Under the pieces are notes generated by a model. The model saw only the letters and a program-made list of their open reading frames with translations, did not search any database and was not told the origin of the DNA. The position numbers were made by a program, and so were the translations under genes. Positions 24,288 through 34,049 of a stretch of 41,788 bases of DNA are shown here, piece by piece. The stretch comes from Alphaproteobacteria bacterium. Lineage in GTDB: Bacteria > Pseudomonadota > Alphaproteobacteria > Puniceispirillales > UBA1172. Each line of letters opens with the position of its first letter. The stretch's first letter is position 1. The stretch is taken from contig WTHX01000063.1 in NCBI GenBank assembly GCA_011522975.1, positions 1 to 41,788 of the forward strand, written 5' to 3'.

Positions 24288-25304
24288 CTAGGCGCGTGTA
24301 TCCAGCAAGATTTTACCGCGTTGATTGCCGCTTTCCATCAAAGCATGGGCGGCGGCGGCCTCCGCCATGGGGAAAGTTTGAAATGTTGTGGGGCGGATGG
24401 GATGCGGGGCATCAGCGCCAAACAACGGCCAGACTTGTTTTTCTAGATCGCGGGCCACCGCTGCTTTAAACGCATCTGGGCGTGACCGCAGGGTTGAGCC
24501 GGTCAGCGACAACCGTTTCAACATCATTGGCATCAGATCAATTTCAACTTTTGAGCCTTGGTTAAAAGCAAGGCTGATCAATCGCGCGTCATGTTTGGCG
24601 GCTTTGATGTTGCGGGCGATATAATCGCCGCCAATAATATCAAGAATGATGCTGGCGCCGCCGGCGTCACGGGTGATGGGGACGAAATCGTCTTGGCGGA
24701 AATCGACGGCAACCGATGCGCCTAAATCGCGGCAAAACTGGCAAGCGTCTTCACCATCGGCGGTGGTGATCACCTGCATGCCTAGGGCTGTGCCAATTTG
24801 GATGGCGGTTGAGCCAATTCCCCCAGCCCCGCCATGAACCAAAAATACATCACCTTGATTGATGGTTTGGCCAAAGAATGCATTGCTCCAGACGGTGAAG
24901 AATGTTTCAGGCAGGCCAGCGGCATCCACCATGGCGATGCCTTCAGGGATGGATAAAACATGGTCAGCATCCACCGCCACATATTCCGCATAGCCGCCGC
25001 CATTGGTCAGCGCGATGACAGAATCGCCGATTTGCCAACGGGTGACGGATGCGCCAACACCAACAATTTCGCCCGATACTTCGAGACCAAGCAAATCAGA
25101 CGCGCCTTTGGGCGGCGGATAATGGCCGCGGCGTTGCACCAGATCAGGGCCATTGACCCCGGCATGGTGGGTTTTGATCAACACCTCATGGTCGCGGCAT
25201 TCGGGCAGGGGGCGTTCCCCCAGATATAAGACATCCGCCCCGCCAGGCTCACGCATTTCAACAACAGACATGGCGGCAGGTAAAACTGGTGAAGATGAAG
25301 ACAT
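24288..25304 (-). CDS. NAD(P)H:quinone oxidoreductase (MDR superfamily, PIG3/Qor type)
   Basis: GVNGPDLVQRRGHYPPP, GLEVSGEIVGVG, and cofactor loop VHGGAGGIGSTAIQ. No structural/catalytic Zn Cys motif, which fits the zeta-crystallin/Qor type. Confidence 0.85.
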   Translation of the reverse strand: MSSSSPVLPAAMSVVEMREPGGADVLYLGERPLPECRDHEVLIKTHHAGVNGPDLVQRRGHYPPPKGASDLLGLEVSGEIVGVGASVTRWQIGDSVIALTNGGGYAEYVAVDADHVLSIPEGIAMVDAAGLPETFFTVWSNAFFGQTINQGDVFLVHGGAGGIGSTAIQIGTALGMQVITTADGEDACQFCRDLGASVAVDFRQDDFVPITRDAGGASIILDIIGGDYIARNIKAAKHDARLISLAFNQGSKVEIDLMPMMLKRLSLTGSTLRSRPDAFKAAVARDLEKQVWPLFGADAPHPIRPTTFQTFPMAEAAAAHALMESGNQRGKILLDTRA

Positions 25305-25403
25305 ATTTGGGGCTTCCTTTGGGATGGGCGTTTGTTGCGTTTGTAAATTTGATTGTATTTTACCGCCCTTCGAGGGGTTAGGGCAAGGCCGGGCGGAATA
25401 TCT

Positions 25404-25425
25404 GTAAGGTAATGCGTAAGGTAAT
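25404..25425. repeat. Direct repeat GTAAGGTAAT-GC-GTAAGGTAAT in the qor / KPR-like divergent intergenic region
   Basis: Two perfect 10-mers with 12-bp periodicity, read directly from the sequence. Confidence 0.6.
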
Positions 25426-25479
25426 CTTGGGCAATACTGGGCTTAAAGCGCGGAATGTAACAAAAATTAACGGATGAAA

Positions 25480-25498
25480 ATTGTAAATTATTTACAAT
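25480..25498. promoter_or_regulatory. Perfect palindrome ATTGTAAAT-T-ATTTACAAT (core TTGTAA-N5-TTACAA), candidate operator
   Basis: 9-bp arms, about 100 nt upstream of ATG 25596. Extra TTGTAAAT (25341-25348) and TTGTAT (25353-25358) half-sites lie nearer the qor start. The same TTGTAA-N5-TTACAA core recurs at 36667-36683. Confidence 0.45.
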
Positions 25499-25595
25499 TA
25501 TCTTTGTTTCACTTTTTTCCTCGTTTTACCTCTTTCATTCGCGTAAATATAAATCATCAAGACAACGACCTTAAACTCAAAGAAAGGTGGATGCT

Positions 25596-26660
25596 ATGCG
25601 TATTCTTATTCTCGGGGCTTCTTATGGATCACTCCTATCAACAAAACTGTTGATGGCTGGCCATGATGTGACGTTGATCTGCCGTCAGCAATCGGCTGAC
25701 CTGATCAATAAAGAAGGCACGGAAGTCCGCATTAAATTGCGTGATGAAGACCAGCATCGTTCTTTCTTCTCAAAAGACTTGCCGGGTCATGTTGATGCCG
25801 TCACACCAGAAGCGGCCAAGCCCGAAGATTATGATATGATCGCCCTCGCCATGCAGGAGCCGCAATATTCATCAGGCCCTGTTCGTGACTTGATGCAACG
25901 AATCGCCCATTCAGGCAAGCCTTGTCTTTCGATCATGAATATGCCGCCATTGCCATACCTTAAGCGGATTCCTGCCCTTGCAGAAATGGATTTGGACGCC
26001 TGCTTTGATGATGCCAGTGTCTGGGCTGATTTCGACCCTGATCTGGTAACACTCTGCAGCCCTGATCCGCAAGCCTTCCGCCCACCGGAAGAAGGGTCTA
26101 ATGTTCTGCATGTTGGCCTGCCAACCAATTTCAAAGCGGCCGATTTCGCCCGCCCTGAACATAACGAAATGCTTCAGCAATTGGTTGATGACATTGCCGC
26201 GGTGACAGTCGATGGCAAAGATGTGCCGGTTAAATTGCGCCGCCATGAAAGCCTATTTGTGCCCATGGCAAAATGGAGCATGTTGCTGACCGGCAATTAT
26301 CGCTGTGTCTTGACCAATGGTGAACAGCCGATCCGTGACGCTGTCCATGGTGATCTTAACGCATCAATGGCGATGTATGCTTGGGTTGATCAATTGGCCC
26401 AAACATTGGGGGCTGATCCCGCTGACCAAGTGCCGTTCGAAAAATATGCCAATGCGGCTGAAGGCTTGTTGAAGCCATCATCTGCGGCGCGGGCGATTGC
26501 TGCTGGTGCGACCAAAATTGAACGTGTTGACATGTTGGTGAAGACAATCGGTGCGCAAATGGGCATGCAGAACGACACGGTTGATAATATCGTCTCCCGT
26601 GTTGATGGCCGCTTGATGGCGAATGGTGCCAAGGAAGCTGAACTTGAGCGAGCGGGCTAA
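25596..26660 (+). CDS. Ketopantoate reductase (ApbA/PanE)-like NAD(P)-dependent oxidoreductase, divergent
   Basis: N-terminal Rossmann MRILILGASYGSLLSTKLLMAGHDVTLICR. The central PMAKWSMLLTGNYRCVL resembles the KPR catalytic-Lys helix (K.w.N...N). AAAGGTGG lies 5 nt before ATG 25596. The ORF-track start at 25587 is a GTG. Confidence 0.5.
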   Translation: MRILILGASYGSLLSTKLLMAGHDVTLICRQQSADLINKEGTEVRIKLRDEDQHRSFFSKDLPGHVDAVTPEAAKPEDYDMIALAMQEPQYSSGPVRDLMQRIAHSGKPCLSIMNMPPLPYLKRIPALAEMDLDACFDDASVWADFDPDLVTLCSPDPQAFRPPEEGSNVLHVGLPTNFKAADFARPEHNEMLQQLVDDIAAVTVDGKDVPVKLRRHESLFVPMAKWSMLLTGNYRCVLTNGEQPIRDAVHGDLNASMAMYAWVDQLAQTLGADPADQVPFEKYANAAEGLLKPSSAARAIAAGATKIERVDMLVKTIGAQMGMQNDTVDNIVSRVDGRLMANGAKEAELERAG

Positions 26661-26700
26661 TTCCCCGCTAAGACCATCACAACCTTATCTGAATTTTTCC

Positions 26701-26730
26701 AAAACGGCAGATTTGATCTGCCGTTTTTTT
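26701..26730 (+). terminator. Rho-independent terminator of the KPR-like gene
   Basis: AAAACGGCAGAT-TTG-ATCTGCCGTTTT followed by a T-run. Confidence 0.8.
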
Positions 26731-26764
26731 GTTTCTTTAAGTTAGCGGAGTTATAAAGGTTCAT

Positions 26765-26790
26765 AAAAAAAAGGGGCGGAAGACCGCCCC
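26765..26790 (-). terminator. Rho-independent terminator of sucCD
   Basis: Plus-strand A8-GGGGCGG-AAGA-CCGCCCC. On the minus strand this is a GC stem followed by T8, about 75 nt after the sucD stop. Confidence 0.8.
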
Positions 26791-26863
26791 TTGAGTTTTC
26801 CCTTTCTGGCTTGCCCCTTCAGAAAAATCTTAAGGGCAAATCAGTGAGGACCATGGTGGGAGA

Positions 26864-27766
26864 TTATGAATCGAGGAGTTTCACCAAAGTTTCACCCAAT
26901 TGCGCTGGTGATGGTGAGACGCTGACGCCCGCTTCTTGCAGCGCGGCGATTTTATCTTCAGCCCCGCCTTTACCGCCAGAGATCACCGCGCCAGCATGGC
27001 CCATGGTGCGTCCCGGCGGTGAGGTGCGGCCAGCGATAAAGCCAACGGTTGGTTTGGAACGGCCTTTCTTGGCTTCATCGATCAGGAATTGCGCGGCTTC
27101 TTCTTCGGCAGAACCGCCAATTTCACCAATCATGATGATCGATTGGGTTTCATCATCGCTTAAGAACATATCCAAAACATCGATAAATTCAGTGCCTTTA
27201 ACAGGGTCGCCACCAATCCCAACAGCCGTTGATTGCCCAAGGCCAGCATTGGAAGTCTGGAACACCGCTTCATAGGTCAATGTGCCTGAACGCGACAGAA
27301 CACCGACCGACCCTTTGCGGAAAATGCTGCTCGGCATAATGCCGATTTTGCATTCTTCTGGGGTCAAAAGACCAGGGCAATTCGGGCCGATCAGCCGTGA
27401 AGATGAAGCATCTAGTTTTTCTTTCACCTTAACCATATCTTGGACAGGAACGCCTTCGGTGATGCAGGTGATCAATTCAATGCCTGCGTCAATCGCTTCT
27501 GTAATCGCGGCGGCGGCGCCTGCTGGCGGGACATAAATCACTGAGGCATTCGCCCCTGTTTCGGCTTTGGCTTCGGCGACAGTTGTAAACAGCGGTAGGG
27601 TTGTACCATCCGCCGCTGACCATGTCTCCCCACCCTTTTTGGGATGGGTGCCAGCAACCATTTGCGTGCCATGATAGGCGAGGGCTTGTTCAGTATGGAA
27701 CGTCCCTGTCTTGCCGGTCAGGCCCTGAACAATGATTTTCGTGTCTTTATTGATCAGAATAGACAT
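26864..27766 (-). CDS. sucD: Succinyl-CoA synthetase alpha subunit
   Basis: [28 protein letters not shown] and the phospho-His loop [11 protein letters not shown]. Starts 5 nt after the sucC stop. Confidence 0.93.
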   Translation of the reverse strand: MSILINKDTKIIVQGLTGKTGTFHTEQALAYHGTQMVAGTHPKKGGETWSAADGTTLPLFTTVAEAKAETGANASVIYVPPAGAAAAITEAIDAGIELITCITEGVPVQDMVKVKEKLDASSSRLIGPNCPGLLTPEECKIGIMPSSIFRKGSVGVLSRSGTLTYEAVFQTSNAGLGQSTAVGIGGDPVKGTEFIDVLDMFLSDDETQSIIMIGEIGGSAEEEAAQFLIDEAKKGRSKPTVGFIAGRTSPPGRTMGHAGAVISGGKGGAEDKIAALQEAGVSVSPSPAQLGETLVKLLDS

Positions 27767-27770
27767 GGGC

Positions 27771-28964
27771 TTAACCTTTCACTGCTTTAACGATTTTCTG
27801 GGCGGCGTCATCAAGATCATTGGCGGGGATCAGATTAAGCCCGCTTTCAGCCAGTATCGCTTTGCCTTCTTCAACGCGTGTGCCTTCCAGCCGGACCACC
27901 AATGGCACGGTTAATTGCACGTCTTTTGCCGCTTGCACCACGCCTTCGGCGATGACATCACAGCGCATAATGCCGCCAAAGATATTGACCAAAATCCCTT
28001 TAACATTGTCATCAGCAGTGATGATTTTAAACGCGGCGGTGACTTTTTCAGTCGTCGCCCCGCCACCAACATCAAGGAAATTGGCCGGCTCAGCGCCATA
28101 AAGTTTGATGATATCCATGGTCGCCATGGCCAGACCCGCGCCATTGACCATACAGCCGATCTCACCATCAAGGGCGATATAGGCCAGATCATATTTTGAC
28201 GCTTCGATTTCTTTTTCATCTTCTTCGGTCAGGTCACGCAATTCCATAATATCAGGATGGCGGAACAGCGCATTGCCATCAAAAGAGACTTTCGCGTCCA
28301 GCACCTGAACATCATTTGATGTGGTGACGATCAGGGGGTTGATCTCAAGAAGGCTCATGTCTTTTTCAGTAAAAGCGGTGTAAAGCGTCTTGAACAAAGC
28401 CATGCCTTGGTCGCGGGCGCTGCCATCAAGGGCCAGCGCATCGGCAAGGGCGGCGGCGTCTTGATCGGTGCAGCCTGTTGAGGCGGTGATCCCAATAGTG
28501 GTGATCTTTTCAGGCGTGTCATGGGCAACGGTTTCAATATCCATGCCGCCTTCGGTTGAAACCACAAAAGACACTTTGCCTGTTTCGCGGTCGACAAGAA
28601 TCGAAAGATATAACTCGCGGTCAATATCCGCGCCATCTTCGATATAAAGACGGTTCACTTGCTTGCCGCTTTCGCCGGTCTGATTGGTGACCAGCGTTTT
28701 GCCAAACATTTCATGAATATTGGCCAAGGCTTCCTCGCGGGAAAACGAAACCCGCACGCCGCCTTTGGCATCGTCGCCGAGTTCTTTAAATTTGCCTTTG
28801 CCGCGGCCACCTGCGTGGATTTGGCTTTTCACCACCCAAACAGGCCCCGGCAGTGCATCGACTGCTGCTTCGGCTTGATCTAATGACGTCAAGGCAACGC
28901 CATTGGCCACAGGCGCCCCAAATCCCTTAAGAACTTGTTTGGCCTGATATTCATGAATATTCAT
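27771..28964 (-). CDS. sucC: Succinyl-CoA synthetase beta subunit (ADP-forming)
   Basis: [95 protein letters not shown]. Nearly colinear with alphaproteobacterial SucC. AGGAGG SD. Confidence 0.93.
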   Translation of the reverse strand: MNIHEYQAKQVLKGFGAPVANGVALTSLDQAEAAVDALPGPVWVVKSQIHAGGRGKGKFKELGDDAKGGVRVSFSREEALANIHEMFGKTLVTNQTGESGKQVNRLYIEDGADIDRELYLSILVDRETGKVSFVVSTEGGMDIETVAHDTPEKITTIGITASTGCTDQDAAALADALALDGSARDQGMALFKTLYTAFTEKDMSLLEINPLIVTTSNDVQVLDAKVSFDGNALFRHPDIMELRDLTEEDEKEIEASKYDLAYIALDGEIGCMVNGAGLAMATMDIIKLYGAEPANFLDVGGGATTEKVTAAFKIITADDNVKGILVNIFGGIMRCDVIAEGVVQAAKDVQLTVPLVVRLEGTRVEEGKAILAESGLNLIPANDLDDAAQKIVKAVKG

Positions 28965-29178
28965 GAGAATCCTCCTGACTTAAAATAGCGATAGAACTAT
29001 TTAAGAGTGAATGTGATGTCGCCATCACGGTGTTTTGCGCGCATGGTTTTGCGTAGGTCGCACTATACCTTGCAGGCTGAGAAATTAAACTGAAAAACAC
29101 ACTTTTGAGTTGCATTTTATACCACAAAATTTAAAGAAATTTTCCCCATTTCCGATGTTTTTTTAAAACAATCTATAC

Positions 29179-29282
29179 TTGGTATACCAGATACCAAAAG
29201 AGCTATAAACCATTTTTTTTACAGGGTTACTGATAAAAATACTCTTGACGCCCTTTATGCTAGGTGTAAGGTATACCAGATA
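29179..29282. promoter_or_regulatory. Two GGTATACC palindromic boxes (TTGGTATACCAGATACCAA at 29179-29197; AGGTATACCAGATA at 29269-29282) flanking a TTGACG -35-like hexamer (29245-29250)
   Basis: The 13-mer GGTATACCAGATA occurs twice, 89 nt apart. TGGTATACCA is a perfect 10-bp GT..AC-type palindrome of the kind bound by GntR/FadR-family regulators. The second box overlaps the predicted -10 region. Confidence 0.45.
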
Positions 29283-29352
29283 ATCAATCGTCATTTGACG
29301 TTAAACAGGCCGAAGATAAAGTTATAACTGCGGCCAAAACTGGGGGCGTGAA

Positions 29353-30102
29353 TTGGTTGATGTCGACCTAAAACCTGTGGTCATCAATTTCACCTTGAAG
29401 GACCATATTTACGAAGTGCTGAGGGATAGTATCCAAGCGCTTGATATTTATGATGCTGAACAAGACCTGCGCCTTGATGAACGCAAATTGGCCGAACAAC
29501 TTGGCATCTCCCGCACCCCAATCCGTGAAGCCTTGGCGCGACTGGCGCAGGATGGATTGGTTGAGATTCTGCCGCGTAAAGGGGTGTTCATTCACCGCAA
29601 ATCCCTCAAAGAAATTCTTGAAATGGTGGTCACTTGGGCGGCGCTTGAATCGATGGCGGCGCATATGGCGTCACGGCTTGCCAGTGATGCTGACCTGAAA
29701 GCCTTGCGCAAATTTGCCATGGCCCATAGTGAAACAGCCTCTAAAGCAGAATTGAGCGAATATTCGGATGCGAATATCAAATTCCACCAGTTTATTTTGG
29801 AATTATCAGGTTGCGATATGCTGAAGAATATCGCCGATGATCTGTTTATGCATATGAACGCGGTTCGGCGCAGGGCTTTGGGTGAAAACAACCGTGTTAG
29901 CCGATCTGTTGCGGACCATATGGAAATTATTGAGGCGCTGGAAGCCCGCGATTCAGAACTGGCATCACGGCTTGTCCGTGAGCATACCATGCGATTGCAT
30001 GACCATATTAAAGACCGGTGGACAAGGCTTGAAAATCTCGCCACCCAGAAAAAAACAACTGACGATTTGGCTATAGTTACAAAGCCTAGGAGGGGATCAT
30101 GA
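29353..30102 (+). CDS. GntR-family transcriptional regulator (FadR/FCD subfamily)
   Basis: w[43 protein letters not shown] plus an all-helical FCD-like C-terminal domain. Apparent TTG start (no in-frame ATG until residue about 90) with GGGGGCG 5 nt upstream. The stop overlaps the oxc start (ATGA, 30099-30102). Confidence 0.85.
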   Translation: MVDVDLKPVVINFTLKDHIYEVLRDSIQALDIYDAEQDLRLDERKLAEQLGISRTPIREALARLAQDGLVEILPRKGVFIHRKSLKEILEMVVTWAALESMAAHMASRLASDADLKALRKFAMAHSETASKAELSEYSDANIKFHQFILELSGCDMLKNIADDLFMHMNAVRRRALGENNRVSRSVADHMEIIEALEARDSELASRLVREHTMRLHDHIKDRWTRLENLATQKKTTDDLAIVTKPRRGS

Positions 30103-31838
30103 GCCCAAGTGAAGACACATCAACGGATACACAGTCACTAACCGATGGGTTTCATCTTGTCATTGATGCATTAAAAACCAATGGCATTGACACGATTTAT
30201 GGTGTTCCCGGCATTCCGATCACGGATTTAGGCCGTTTTGCTCAAGGCGCGGGCATGCGGGTTTTGTCTTTCCGCCATGAACAGCACGCCGGTTATGCCG
30301 CATCTATTGCGGGGTATTTAACCAAAAAACCTGGCGTTTGTTTGACGGTTTCAGCCCCAGGGTTTTTGAACGGCCTGACGGCTTTGGCCAATGCCACCAC
30401 CAATTGCTTCCCCATGATCTTGATCAGCGGGTCTTCCGAACGTGAGATCGTTGACCTGCAGCAAGGTGATTATGAGGAAATGGATCAATTGGCTATTGCC
30501 AAGCCGCTATGTAAGGCGGCTTATCGTATCCTCCATGCCCAAGATATTGGCATCGGCGTCGCACGGGCCATCCGTGCGGCGGTTTCTGGCCGCCCCGGCG
30601 GTGTATATTTGGATTTGCCGGCCTCGCTTCTGGGTCAGGTGATGGATGAAATGGAAGGGCAGAAATCAATCGTCAAAGTGATTGACCCGGCCCCTAGGAT
30701 GATCCCTGCACCGGATGCGGTGGATCGTGCCATTGATGTGTTGAAAAATGCGGAACGGCCGTTGATTATTTTGGGCAAAGGCGCGGCCTATGCCCAAGAA
30801 GATGAAACCGTTAAAGCCTTTGTTGAAAAATCAGGCGTGCCGTATTTGCCGATGAGCATGGCGAAAGGTCTGTTGCCAGATACTCACCCGCAATCTGCCG
30901 GCGCGGCACGATCGCTGGTCCTGAAAGAGGCGGATGTGGTGATGATGGTGGGGGCGCGGCTCAATTGGTTGTTATCCCACGGTAAGGGCAAGGCTTGGGG
31001 CGCGCCTCATAGCAAGAAATTCATTCAAGTTGATATTGAAGCCATGGAAATGGACAGCAATGTTGAGATTGCAGCGCCATTGGTGGGTGATATCGGGTCA
31101 TGCCTGTCTGCTATGCTGGATCGCATGGGTGACGATTGGGCAAAACCGCCGCAAGCATGGACTGATGCTATTGATGAGAAGAAAAACACCAATCTTGAAA
31201 AAATGGCAGGTCGCCTGAAAAGCAACGCCAACCCGATGGATTACCATGGGGCTTTGGGCGCGTTGCGTGAGGTGATCAAAGACAATCAAGATGTGATTTT
31301 GGTCAATGAAGGCGCCAATACTTTGGATTTCGCCCGCAGCATTATCGATATCTACAAACCTCGCCACCGGATTGATGTTGGCACTTGGGGGATTATGGGT
31401 ATCGGTCAGGGGGCTTCTGTTGCCGCCGCTGTTGAAACCGGTCAGCAGGTTCTCGCCATTGAAGGCGATAGCGCTTTTGGTTTCTCTGGCATGGAGATCG
31501 AAACCATCTGCCGCTATAACCTGCCGGTCTGTATTGTGGTGTTTAACAACAATGGGATTTATCGCGGCACGGATCAAAACCCAAGTGGCGGTGATGATGT
31601 CGCCACCACGGTATTTGTTAAAAATTCCCGGTATGACCTGATGATGCAGGCCTTTGGGGGGGAGGGCGTCACCGCCACTAACCCTGATGAATTAAGCCAG
31701 ATGGTACGGGATGCTATCGCATCAGGAAAACCGACATTGGTCAACGCGGTGATCGATGAAGCCGCCGGCACGGAAAGTGGCCGGATTGGTAATCTAAACC
31801 CGCAAAGTGTTGTTTCTAAAAACAAAGCAAGTCAATAA
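30099..31838 (+). CDS. oxc: Oxalyl-CoA decarboxylase (ThDP-dependent)
   Basis: Colinear with E. coli/O. formigenes Oxc as I recall them: TDG.H...[145 protein letters not shown]. Confidence 0.95.
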   Translation: MSPSEDTSTDTQSLTDGFHLVIDALKTNGIDTIYGVPGIPITDLGRFAQGAGMRVLSFRHEQHAGYAASIAGYLTKKPGVCLTVSAPGFLNGLTALANATTNCFPMILISGSSEREIVDLQQGDYEEMDQLAIAKPLCKAAYRILHAQDIGIGVARAIRAAVSGRPGGVYLDLPASLLGQVMDEMEGQKSIVKVIDPAPRMIPAPDAVDRAIDVLKNAERPLIILGKGAAYAQEDETVKAFVEKSGVPYLPMSMAKGLLPDTHPQSAGAARSLVLKEADVVMMVGARLNWLLSHGKGKAWGAPHSKKFIQVDIEAMEMDSNVEIAAPLVGDIGSCLSAMLDRMGDDWAKPPQAWTDAIDEKKNTNLEKMAGRLKSNANPMDYHGALGALREVIKDNQDVILVNEGANTLDFARSIIDIYKPRHRIDVGTWGIMGIGQGASVAAAVETGQQVLAIEGDSAFGFSGMEIETICRYNLPVCIVVFNNNGIYRGTDQNPSGGDDVATTVFVKNSRYDLMMQAFGGEGVTATNPDELSQMVRDAIASGKPTLVNAVIDEAAGTESGRIGNLNPQSVVSKNKASQ

Positions 31839-31849
31839 ACCCCATTAGG

Positions 31850-33121
31850 ATGAGTCAAATGAAAGCGCTTGAAGGTATTAAAATTTTAGACTTTACCCAT
31901 GTTCAATCAGGGCCAACCTGCACCCAGTTGCTGGCATGGTTTGGTGCTGATGTGATCAAGGTTGAACGCCCCGGAGTGGGGGATGCCACCCGCAAACAAT
32001 TGGTGGATGTGCCTGGGGCGGACAGCCTTTATTTTACCATGCTCAATCACAACAAACGGTCGATGGAACTCAATTCCAAGAATGAAACCGGTAAGGCTGT
32101 GCTGACACGGATGATTGAAGAATGTGATGTGCTGGTGGAAAACTTTGCCCCCGGGGCTTTGGATCGTATGGGCTTTTCATGGGAACGCATTCAAGAGATA
32201 AACCCGCGGATGATCATGGCATCGATCAAAGGCTTTGGTCCGGGCAAATATCAGGACTGTAAAGTTTATGAAAATGTCGCGCAATGTGCAGGTGGGTCTG
32301 CCTCAACAACAGGGTTTTTGGATGGCCCGCCTTTGGTGACTGGCGCGCAAATTGGAGATTCAGGCACAGGTCTGCATCTTTGCCTTGGGATTGTCACCGC
32401 TTTGTTCCAGCGTGAAAAGACTGGCCGTGGCCAGAAGGTCAGCGCGGCGATGCAGGATGCAGTGTTGAATTTGGCGCGGGTTAAGATGCGCGATCAACAG
32501 CGTCTTGATGCAGGACCATTGAAAGAATATTCGCAATTTGGTGAAGGCATTCCTTTCAGTGATGCCACCCCACGTGCGGGCAATGATTCAGGTGGCGGTC
32601 AGCCTGGCCGTATCTTGAAATGTAAGGGCTGGGAAACTGACCCGAATGCCTATACTTATTTCATTATTCAGGCGGCAGTCTGGGAAAAGGTCTGTGATGT
32701 CATTGGCGAGCCTGACTGGAAAACAGCCGAAGGCTATGCCAGTCCGCCAGAACGTCTCGATAAACTCAATCAGATTTTTGAGCGCATCGAAGAATGGACC
32801 ATGACCAAAACCAAATTTGAAGTCATGGATGCGTGTAACCCGCTTGATATTCCTGTTGGGCCTATCTTGTCGATGAAAGAGATCGCCGAAGATGATGGTC
32901 TCTATGCGACGGGCACAATGGTCAAAGTCGATCACCCTGAGCGCGGCGAATATCTGTCTGTGGGCTGCCCGATTAAATTCTCTGACATGGAAGTGGCGGT
33001 GGAACGCTCACCATTATTGGGAGAGCACACATCTGAAATCTTAAGCCAGGTTCTGGGTTATTCCGAAGATGAAATTAAAGAGATTGCCGCATCAGGTGCG
33101 GTGGGTGAATTGAAGGCGTAA
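31850..33121 (+). CDS. frc: Formyl-CoA:oxalate CoA-transferase (family III CoA-transferase)
   Basis: [131 protein letters not shown]. Colinear with E. coli YfdW/Frc. The start may be ATG 31859 (AGGA 9 nt upstream) rather than 31850. Confidence 0.95.
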   Translation: MSQMKALEGIKILDFTHVQSGPTCTQLLAWFGADVIKVERPGVGDATRKQLVDVPGADSLYFTMLNHNKRSMELNSKNETGKAVLTRMIEECDVLVENFAPGALDRMGFSWERIQEINPRMIMASIKGFGPGKYQDCKVYENVAQCAGGSASTTGFLDGPPLVTGAQIGDSGTGLHLCLGIVTALFQREKTGRGQKVSAAMQDAVLNLARVKMRDQQRLDAGPLKEYSQFGEGIPFSDATPRAGNDSGGGQPGRILKCKGWETDPNAYTYFIIQAAVWEKVCDVIGEPDWKTAEGYASPPERLDKLNQIFERIEEWTMTKTKFEVMDACNPLDIPVGPILSMKEIAEDDGLYATGTMVKVDHPERGEYLSVGCPIKFSDMEVAVERSPLLGEHTSEILSQVLGYSEDEIKEIAASGAVGELKA

Positions 33122-33132
33122 AGGGGAAGACA

Positions 33133-34047
33133 ATGCGCATCGTATTACATGGACAACAAGCCTTTGGCAAAGCGGTCTTAGAACGCTTGCTTGAGCGGGG
33201 TGAAGATGTCGTGGCGGTATGCTGCGCCCCCACTAAAGAAGGCAAGCCTGAAGACCCATTGGCGGAATTGGCGCGGGAAAAAGGCTTGCCTTTGCATCAG
33301 CCGGCATCATGGAAAACACCCGAAGCCCTTGAATTGATGCAGTCATTTAATGCGGATGTCTGCATGATGGCCTATGTCTTGTTATTTGTGCCAGAGGCGG
33401 TGCGTGATGCGCCGACCTATGGGACGTTCCAATATCACCCCTCGCTTTGCCCGCAACACAGGGGGCCATCGTCGATCAACTGGCCGATTGCCATGGGCAA
33501 GAAACACACAGGGCTGACAATTTTCTGGCCAGATGATGGTCTGGATGAAGGCCCGATTATGCTTCAGAAAACCTGCCCGATTGGCCCTGATGAAACCTTG
33601 GGGGATATTTATTTCAATAAACTGTTCCCCATGGGTGTTGATGCCATGATCGAAGGCCTTGATATGGTCAAGGCTGGGGTCATTATCAAACATGATCAGC
33701 GGCTGGACGATGGCACTTATGAAGGCTGGTTCAATAAAGACGCCGCCGCCATTGATTGGTCAAAGCCTGTTGAAGAAACCTATAACACTATTCGCGCGGC
33801 CAACCCTGCCCCTGGGGCATGGACCACGCTTGATGGTGAGGAAGTTAAAATTTACGATTCCGCCCGCATCGACGGTGATGGCACCCCTGGTGAGGTCATT
33901 GACGTCTCCGATGATGGCGTGGTCGTGCAAGGAAATGGCGGCAGAATTGTCTTAAAAAGAGTACGACCTGCCGCAAGTGGAAAAATTGCGGCCAGCGAAT
34001 GGGCGCAAACTGCAAATCTCAAATCTGGATCTAAACTAGGAACATAA
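33133..34047 (+). CDS. Stand-alone formyltransferase/hydrolase resembling the N-terminal domain of 10-formyl-THF dehydrogenase (Fmt-like fold)
   Basis: [17 protein letters not shown] (FDH: YHPSLLPRHRGASAINW), [16 protein letters not shown] (FDH: FWADDGLDTGDLLLQK), GTYEGW, IDWSKP, PAPGAWT. These fit FDH-N better than Met-tRNA formyltransferase (VHGSLLPRWRGAAPIQ). Comparison made from memory. 304 aa, with no ACT, carrier or ALDH domain. Confidence 0.7.
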   Translation: MRIVLHGQQAFGKAVLERLLERGEDVVAVCCAPTKEGKPEDPLAELAREKGLPLHQPASWKTPEALELMQSFNADVCMMAYVLLFVPEAVRDAPTYGTFQYHPSLCPQHRGPSSINWPIAMGKKHTGLTIFWPDDGLDEGPIMLQKTCPIGPDETLGDIYFNKLFPMGVDAMIEGLDMVKAGVIIKHDQRLDDGTYEGWFNKDAAAIDWSKPVEETYNTIRAANPAPGAWTTLDGEEVKIYDSARIDGDGTPGEVIDVSDDGVVVQGNGGRIVLKRVRPAASGKIAASEWAQTANLKSGSKLGT

Positions 34048-34049
34048 TC

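Noticed and set aside
26811-27275. 154-aa plus-strand ORF
   Set aside because: It is antisense to sucD, whose identity is unambiguous. Its Pro/Ser/Ala-rich shadow-frame composition is typical, and its start lies inside the terminator region.
26864-28964. Possibility that the succinyl-CoA-synthetase-like pair is malate thiokinase (mtkAB), given the nearby sgaA and C1 genes
   Set aside because: The beta subunit is nearly colinear with canonical alphaproteobacterial SucC over its whole length as I recall it. The alpha subunit has standard SucD motifs. No mcl, hpr or ppc serine-cycle genes are adjacent. A phylogeny would be needed to exclude Mtk completely.
28965-29178. Possible small RNA or small ORF in the long AT-rich spacer between sucC and gntR (for example the 25-codon ORF starting at 29016, and the GTGATG-N4-CATCAC hairpin at 29013-29028)
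   Set aside because: There is no SD, no terminator-like 3' end, and nothing resembling a known sRNA. The length is adequately explained by two divergent promoters plus operator sites. It cannot be excluded without transcriptome data.
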